From an uncultured Candidatus Saccharibacteria bacterium (GTDB lineage: Bacteria > Patescibacteriota > Minisyncoccia > Phycocordibacterales > CAIZLB01), in the NCBI GenBank assembly GCA_964627085.1, contig CAZVIP010000001.1, forward strand, positions 3,654 through 67,653: 64,000 bases of DNA, written 5' to 3'. Shown in pieces: positions 58,840 to 64,000 of the stretch (position 1 is the stretch's first letter; every line of letters begins with the position of its first letter). The notes under the pieces are model-generated. The model did not search any database. It was given only the letters and a program-made list of their open reading frames with translations, and had not been told where the DNA came from. Position numbers and translations under genes: made by a program.

Positions 58840-59187
58840 ATGTTAACAAAGTCTAAAAAACAGCGAATTATTAAAGGCGTGCAGGTACACGACACTGATA
58901 CTGGCTCTCCAGAAGCACAGGTTGCTTTGATCAGCGAACAAATTGAGGAACTTACAAAACACCTTAAGAAACACCTCAAAGATAACAGTTCACGAAGAGG
59001 TCTTCTACAACTTGTAGCAAACAGACAGTCACACCTTAAATACCTACAAAAGAAAGATCCAGCAAGATACACTGAACTTATCACTAAGCTTGAACTCAAG
59101 CGAAAGGATACTTCAAAGAAGGCTGATGCTCCAGCAAAAACAGTTAAAGCAAAGGCAAAAGCCGCTAAAGCTGCAAAGAAGAAATAA
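58840..59187 (+). CDS. rpsO: 30S ribosomal protein S15 with Lys/Ala-rich C-terminal tail
   Basis: S15 core (HLKKHLKDNSSRRGLL...) followed by the tail KKADAPAKTVKAKAKAAKAAKKK. Hairpin terminator at 59192-59235. Confidence 0.9.
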   Translation: MLTKSKKQRIIKGVQVHDTDTGSPEAQVALISEQIEELTKHLKKHLKDNSSRRGLLQLVANRQSHLKYLQKKDPARYTELITKLELKRKDTSKKADAPAKTVKAKAKAAKAAKKK

Positions 59188-59303
59188 TAAAAAATCAAAA
59201 ACATACTCAGCTGGAGTATGTTTTTGATTTTTTATTCATCTATCTTATGAACAGCTAATCGTTTTTTCAAATATTTTAAAAATAAGTTTGATATAATTTA
59301 AAT

Positions 59304-59834
59304 ATGTCAGTTATAAAACACAAAGAACAGCGTGTTGGTATTTTTATAGATACACAAAACCTATACCACAGCGCCAAGAATTTATATAGAGCACGAGTTA
59401 ATTTTGGTGCAATCATGAAAGAAGCAATAGCAGGGAGATCACTCATCCGTGCGATTGCCTATGTTATTACCACAGAAACAAATGAAGAGAAAAGTTTTTT
59501 TGATGCGCTAGGAAAACTAGGTATTGAAACAAAAACTAAAAATCTTCAGATTTTCGGCGATGGTGCAAAAAAGGCAGACTGGGATGTTGGTCTTGCAGTT
59601 GATGCAATTAAATTAGCCCCAAAACTAGATACGATTATCATTGCATCAGGTGACGGTGATTTCATTCCACTTGTTGAATACTTGAGAACAAATCAAGGTT
59701 GCCAAGTAGAGGTAATCGCCTTTGGAAGATCATCTTCTTCAAAGCTAATTGAATACGCAGACGACTTCATCGATATGTGCGATAACCCACGAAAGTTTGT
59801 TATGGGACGAGGTCAACCTGGACACGGAAATTAA
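59304..59834 (+). CDS. NYN-domain (LabA-like, PIN-related) protein
   Basis: VGIFIDTQNL...IIASGDGDFIPLV pattern of the NYN/LabA family. Confidence 0.7.
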   Translation: MSVIKHKEQRVGIFIDTQNLYHSAKNLYRARVNFGAIMKEAIAGRSLIRAIAYVITTETNEEKSFFDALGKLGIETKTKNLQIFGDGAKKADWDVGLAVDAIKLAPKLDTIIIASGDGDFIPLVEYLRTNQGCQVEVIAFGRSSSSKLIEYADDFIDMCDNPRKFVMGRGQPGHGN

Positions 59835-59849
59835 TCACCCGAATACACA

Positions 59850-60872
59850 ATGGATAACGAGCTCAACAAAAAGGAAGAAAATAACATCAATGATCCACGA
59901 GGAGGAAACCTCAGTCCTTTTGCCGTGAAGCCTACTGTCAAAATCACAGACGCACTTGATCAGGTAGCAAAGCGTGAATCCAGCACAAACACCGTCAAGA
60001 CTTTTCAGTCTGATATTTCAAGCACTGTCAAAACAGACAATGTTTCGATGATTAAAATCGCCCTTGCTGAAAAAGAACGCCGAGAAAAAAGCGGAAATCT
60101 ACTTGATGTATCTAGCCCAAAAAAATCATACAAAGGACTATTGGTAGTTATTTTCACACTCGTAGTGCTTGCAGGTGCCGTTGGTTTTGTTTATTTCTAC
60201 TTCAATAAACCACCAGCACCCACACTAAAAGAAACAATAGCACCCAAAGAACCTGAGTTAGTATATTCTGAGAATCAGGTGGCAATTGACGTAACAAGCA
60301 AAGCACCCGCAACAATACTCCAGGAAATCAAAACAGTTTCTTTGGCAAAATTTGATCTCGGCACAATTCAACGTGTATTTCTGACAACACAAAATGCATC
60401 AGGTACAAGACAGAGTATTACTTCATCAGAACTATTTTCAAAACTAAAAAGTAGAGCACCGGAGAGCCTGATCCGTTCAATCGAACCGTATTTCATCATC
60501 GGTGCATACTCATTTACACCACATGATTCTTTTGTGCTTTTCAAAGTAAAATCATATGACAGTGCCTATGCAAGCATGCTGCAGTGGGAACCATACATGG
60601 AGACAGATATTGGAAATATGTTTATCTATGAAAGCCTGACACCAACCGAAAACAACCAAGCCTCAACAACAATAACCACAATAGACAGAGTGGCTGGTGT
60701 TTTCAAAGATAAAATACTACAAAACAAAGATACAAGAGCTCTTATACTTCCAGATGGTTCAACTAAATTCCTGTATACTTTTTTGGACAAACAAACACTA
60801 TTGATTGTGTCTAGCGAAAAAGGACTCAAAGAAATCATCTTTCGAACAACTTCAGGTAGAATCATTCGCTAG
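59850..60872 (+). CDS. Hypothetical single-pass membrane protein
   Basis: 340 aa with one TM helix (LLVVIFTLVVLAGAVGFVYFYF) and no family match. Confidence 0.5.
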   Translation: MDNELNKKEENNINDPRGGNLSPFAVKPTVKITDALDQVAKRESSTNTVKTFQSDISSTVKTDNVSMIKIALAEKERREKSGNLLDVSSPKKSYKGLLVVIFTLVVLAGAVGFVYFYFNKPPAPTLKETIAPKEPELVYSENQVAIDVTSKAPATILQEIKTVSLAKFDLGTIQRVFLTTQNASGTRQSITSSELFSKLKSRAPESLIRSIEPYFIIGAYSFTPHDSFVLFKVKSYDSAYASMLQWEPYMETDIGNMFIYESLTPTENNQASTTITTIDRVAGVFKDKILQNKDTRALILPDGSTKFLYTFLDKQTLLIVSSEKGLKEIIFRTTSGRIIR

Positions 60873-60948
60873 GTGAGGTTTCCACAGTATAAGGATATTT
60901 GATTTAAATTTTGCATATATTTAATATGTCTCGGTTTATAGTTGACCC

Positions 60949-62550
60949 ATGGTCAAAATAGCCAAAATAAAATCAATCTGCTTACAAAAAAACTCTATAA
61001 AAATAATCGATATTGAGACTGATATCAGTAGGGGATTATTCTATTACAGCATCAGCGGAAACATAGACAAATCAATATCTGAATCAAAACAACGAATACT
61101 TGCCGCACTCAAGAATAGTAACTTTGATCTACCGTCGAGAAAGAATTATAAAGTCACGACCTCTTTACTCCCAAATAATTTCCCAAAAACAAACTACGGT
61201 ACAGAATTGGGAATAGTTTTATCGTACCTCTTGGCAACCGGTCAAATACATATCCCAAAAGCTGAGAGCTATCTATGCATTGGAAACATAAGCGTTGATG
61301 GGGGTATATACTTCGAAACGACAAAACTTGTCCACGCGATATCATATGCACACTCTTTGGGGTATTCACACTTTGTTATACCGAAACTTCAAGGTGAGGC
61401 AAACAATACCTTGGTAAATTATATTAATACATTCAATAATATTTCATACATACAAGCTGAAAAGATATCAAATCTAAAAGACATCAATATAAATCAGACT
61501 AGCACTACAAAAAACACTCCATATACAACTCTCGAAATTTCTACAGCTGTCGAGGGTCAAACTGAACAAAACATAAATAAGCGATATCTCTTCGACACAA
61601 TCACTGGTCTTAAATATCAAAAACGTGCGCTCATCATTGCAGCAGCAGGAAATCACCCTTTGCTATATGCAGGCGTACCAGGTACAGGCAAGAGCACACT
61701 GGCATCGGCATGTATAGAATTACTAGACAATATTTCGCTATCTGAAATTGACGCAAATACACCAACTAAACACACAGAAAACATTTTCAAAAGAAACTCA
61801 ATGGTTATTGGGCCAGAGACCTCAATTATTAAAACAATGGGCCGGCAGGATGACTTGGAAAACTCACCTAGACAAGGAACGATAATAATCAATGAGCTAT
61901 GTGAATTTAGCAAAAAAGAAATTGAATCACTTCGTATATTCCTTGAGAATAATAATATTTACAATGATCAAATACACAAAGGGAAAATTCATAGCACATT
62001 AATTATAGCAACAACAAATAATTGTCCTTGTGGCCGCAATAGTAAAGAAAATAATAAAAATACCCAAACGGAAATAACTTGGCAAAAGCAAGACAACTCA
62101 TGCGTGTGCACCAAGAATAGAATTGAACAATATCAAAACAGATTATCAGAATCTGTTTTGGACAGGTTTCCGCTTGTTTGCAACTTTGTTTATGAAAGAA
62201 ATCACAGCACCGATGATGTTGAAAATCAAAAAGCGCAAATTAATAAAACACCTCAAGAAACAGCACTTTTTATCCACAAAAAGATAGCTGCCGCCAGGAT
62301 AATCCAGAGGAAGAGATCCCATAAATACAACCAAGAATTAACAGTTGCCGAAATATACACCCTTGGCATAACCGAACAAGGTCAAACCGAACTAAAAAAG
62401 ATTACCGACCTATTTGCATTCTCAAAAAGGAAAATACTACACACACTCCGTGTCGCAAGAACAATCGCAGACATCGAGCAAAAAACACACATAGAAAAGA
62501 CGCATATCCTTGAGGCGATTAGCCATGTCAAAGTAAGAGCCTTTAACTAA
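60949..62550 (+). CDS. comM: ComM/YifB-family Mg-chelatase-like AAA+ ATPase
   Basis: N-terminal Lon-like/ChlI domain. Walker A GVPGTGKST. C-terminal Mg_chelatase_C-like region. Contains insertions relative to canonical ComM. Confidence 0.8.
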   Translation: MVKIAKIKSICLQKNSIKIIDIETDISRGLFYYSISGNIDKSISESKQRILAALKNSNFDLPSRKNYKVTTSLLPNNFPKTNYGTELGIVLSYLLATGQIHIPKAESYLCIGNISVDGGIYFETTKLVHAISYAHSLGYSHFVIPKLQGEANNTLVNYINTFNNISYIQAEKISNLKDININQTSTTKNTPYTTLEISTAVEGQTEQNINKRYLFDTITGLKYQKRALIIAAAGNHPLLYAGVPGTGKSTLASACIELLDNISLSEIDANTPTKHTENIFKRNSMVIGPETSIIKTMGRQDDLENSPRQGTIIINELCEFSKKEIESLRIFLENNNIYNDQIHKGKIHSTLIIATTNNCPCGRNSKENNKNTQTEITWQKQDNSCVCTKNRIEQYQNRLSESVLDRFPLVCNFVYERNHSTDDVENQKAQINKTPQETALFIHKKIAAARIIQRKRSHKYNQELTVAEIYTLGITEQGQTELKKITDLFAFSKRKILHTLRVARTIADIEQKTHIEKTHILEAISHVKVRAFN

Positions 62551-62579
62551 CATAAACCAAGAAATCAAATACGAACTGA

Positions 62580-63719
62580 CTAGAAAGGATTCTTACTTCC
62601 TCGGACTTCGAAGTGCAGGTGTACACCAGTAGACTGACCAGTATTACCCATCTTTCCAATTTTCTGACCCTTGGAAACTGTCTCACCTTCGGTAACCAAA
62701 GTTTCATTAAGGTGACCATAGAGCGTCTGAGCCCCATTCGGATGCTTAATTACCACATATGTACCATACCCACCATTCCATCCACCCGAACGACTAATGA
62801 CTACAGTACCTGCGGCAGCAGCAAGAATCGGTGTATTGAGAGGTGCTGCAAGGTCAACACCGTTGTGTCCATGGATACCCTGTGTTCGAATCGCGCCAAT
62901 CACTGGCTTCGTCAACCATGATGAACCCGAACTATTCTTTGCATCAGCAACTGTTTTTTTCTTTTTTGCAATCTTTGCCTTATCTTCTTTTGCTTTTACA
63001 TCTGCACCACCAGCCTCATGTCCTGGACCGACAACACTATCAGCGTCTGGGATAATAATAGTCGTACCAACAGCAAGAACCGTTCCACTATCCACATCAT
63101 TGAAATTAGCAGTTTCCTTGGCATCGGCACCGTATTGTTTAGCGATTTTGGCAATAGTATCACCCTTTTTCGCAATATACTTCACACCAGCTACAGGTAA
63201 GATAACAAGAACTTGGTTTGGGCGTATAACCTCTTTTGACCCAAGGTCATTAGCGATTCTGATAGTATTCGTTGTTACATCGAACATACCCGCAATTTGC
63301 TCAATTGTATCGCCACTTCGTACGGTATACAAACTAATCTGATCTGAAATAGGTCGAAAATCTGCGTTTGCAACAGCACTACCACTCGGACCAACATTTT
63401 CATTACTGATCGCAGTATTATCTACAATTACGATAGGGTTAACCACTGAAACCTGCGGATCGATATTCTTTGGTGCCTGGAGAAGAGGTAAGGTCTGCAT
63501 ATTCCTCGGTAAATCTATCTCATCAATCTTTGCCCGACTCTCATTTAAACCAAAAATAGAACCGAGGACGAAACGCTTTTCTGTTGAATTTATACCCTTT
63601 TTCTCAATAATACCCATATCCGCAAAGGCAGATGATGCAAACAAAACAGCAAAACCTAGCACGAACACAGTCGCAGCAGCTGGAAGGCGTATTAAAAACG
63701 GCTTCAAATTTGTCACCAC
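62580..63719 (-). CDS. Secreted peptidoglycan hydrolase: two LysM domains plus an M23 (LytM) peptidase domain
   Basis: Signal peptide. LysM motifs (YTVRSGDTIEQIA, YIAKKGDTIAKIA). M23 motifs HxxxD (GIHGHNGVDLAA) and HLHFEV. Confidence 0.88.
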   Translation of the reverse strand: MVTNLKPFLIRLPAAATVFVLGFAVLFASSAFADMGIIEKKGINSTEKRFVLGSIFGLNESRAKIDEIDLPRNMQTLPLLQAPKNIDPQVSVVNPIVIVDNTAISNENVGPSGSAVANADFRPISDQISLYTVRSGDTIEQIAGMFDVTTNTIRIANDLGSKEVIRPNQVLVILPVAGVKYIAKKGDTIAKIAKQYGADAKETANFNDVDSGTVLAVGTTIIIPDADSVVGPGHEAGGADVKAKEDKAKIAKKKKTVADAKNSSGSSWLTKPVIGAIRTQGIHGHNGVDLAAPLNTPILAAAAGTVVISRSGGWNGGYGTYVVIKHPNGAQTLYGHLNETLVTEGETVSKGQKIGKMGNTGQSTGVHLHFEVRGSKNPF

Positions 63720-64000
63720 GAGCTCCTTTTTGGTAGGAACCCTCGGGTCATGAGGGGGGATTAAAATAAGTTTCGAATTTAGTTTATATGTAACACATTT
63801 TCGATGCCAACCAATACGGTATTTTGACAGATTTTAGCTAAACACTTTGATATCCTCCACAATTTATTGTTAGATAATTATGTAGAAAGAGTAGCAAAAT
63901 CCAGAAAAAAGCCTTATTTATAGGCATTTACACTTATGTTTCATAGTGTTCCTTAATTCTAAGGCATATGGGCAGGGTGTCAACCACTGATATGGAGATA

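Noticed and set aside
1-64000. CRISPR arrays, rRNA genes, IS elements or transposases
   Set aside because: No regularly spaced short direct repeats, no rRNA-like conserved blocks and no DDE or transposase-like ORFs were seen. The only tandem repeats are the intragenic helicase repeats and the A9G8 pair.

Overview
This 64 kb window is from a low-GC bacterium (about 37-40% GC). Its housekeeping genes look like Patescibacteria/CPR (inference): Lys/Ala-rich tails on TpiA and S15, a trigger factor without the PPIase domain, and ComEC, type IV pilus, ComM and RecJ DNA-uptake genes.

Minus-strand genes through about 12.4 kb are rplB-rplW-rplD-rplC-rpsJ-tuf, fusA, rpsG-rpsL and an M50 protease. A two-gene cassette is inserted between fusA and rpsG: a Cys-rich secreted PKD-like protein and a TPR protein.

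From 12.4 to 32.2 kb the window holds:
- rpmB
- a ComEC split into two genes around an opposite-strand superoxide dismutase
- rnhA, recJ and a HIT protein
- a translationally coupled tpiA-pgk pair
- a type IV pilus cluster (pilB, pilC, three prepilin-like genes and a 594-aa accessory protein)
- nusA, ppaC and tig

From 32.2 to 50.9 kb lies an accessory-looking region that holds my lead candidate for an undescribed system: six diverged paralogous TrmB-like HTH regulators of 250-280 aa. Each is divergently paired with a different partner gene. One partner is an SF2 helicase with six 57-aa C-terminal tandem repeats; the others are unrelated hypotheticals. Their intergenic regions carry TGAC/GTCA-type inverted repeats and a shared 14-mer. 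rsmE, clpP, hup, a 663-aa secreted protein, a high-GC foreign-looking membrane-protein gene and a candidate terminator-bounded ncRNA of about 330 nt are interspersed.

From 50.9 kb the window holds tRNA-Gly(TCC), an S1 serine protease, an RNHCP protein, tRNA-Pro(TGG), a YraN-like ORF beside an odd purine-rich stretch, tRNA-Gly(GCC), tRNA-Arg(TCG) and cca. The last three are bracketed by two exact A9G8 direct repeats and two perfect DnaA-box 9-mers. Then come xth, a XerC/D-like recombinase, rpsO, an NYN protein, a TM protein, comM and a LysM/M23 peptidase.

No CRISPR array, rRNA or phage integrase was seen.
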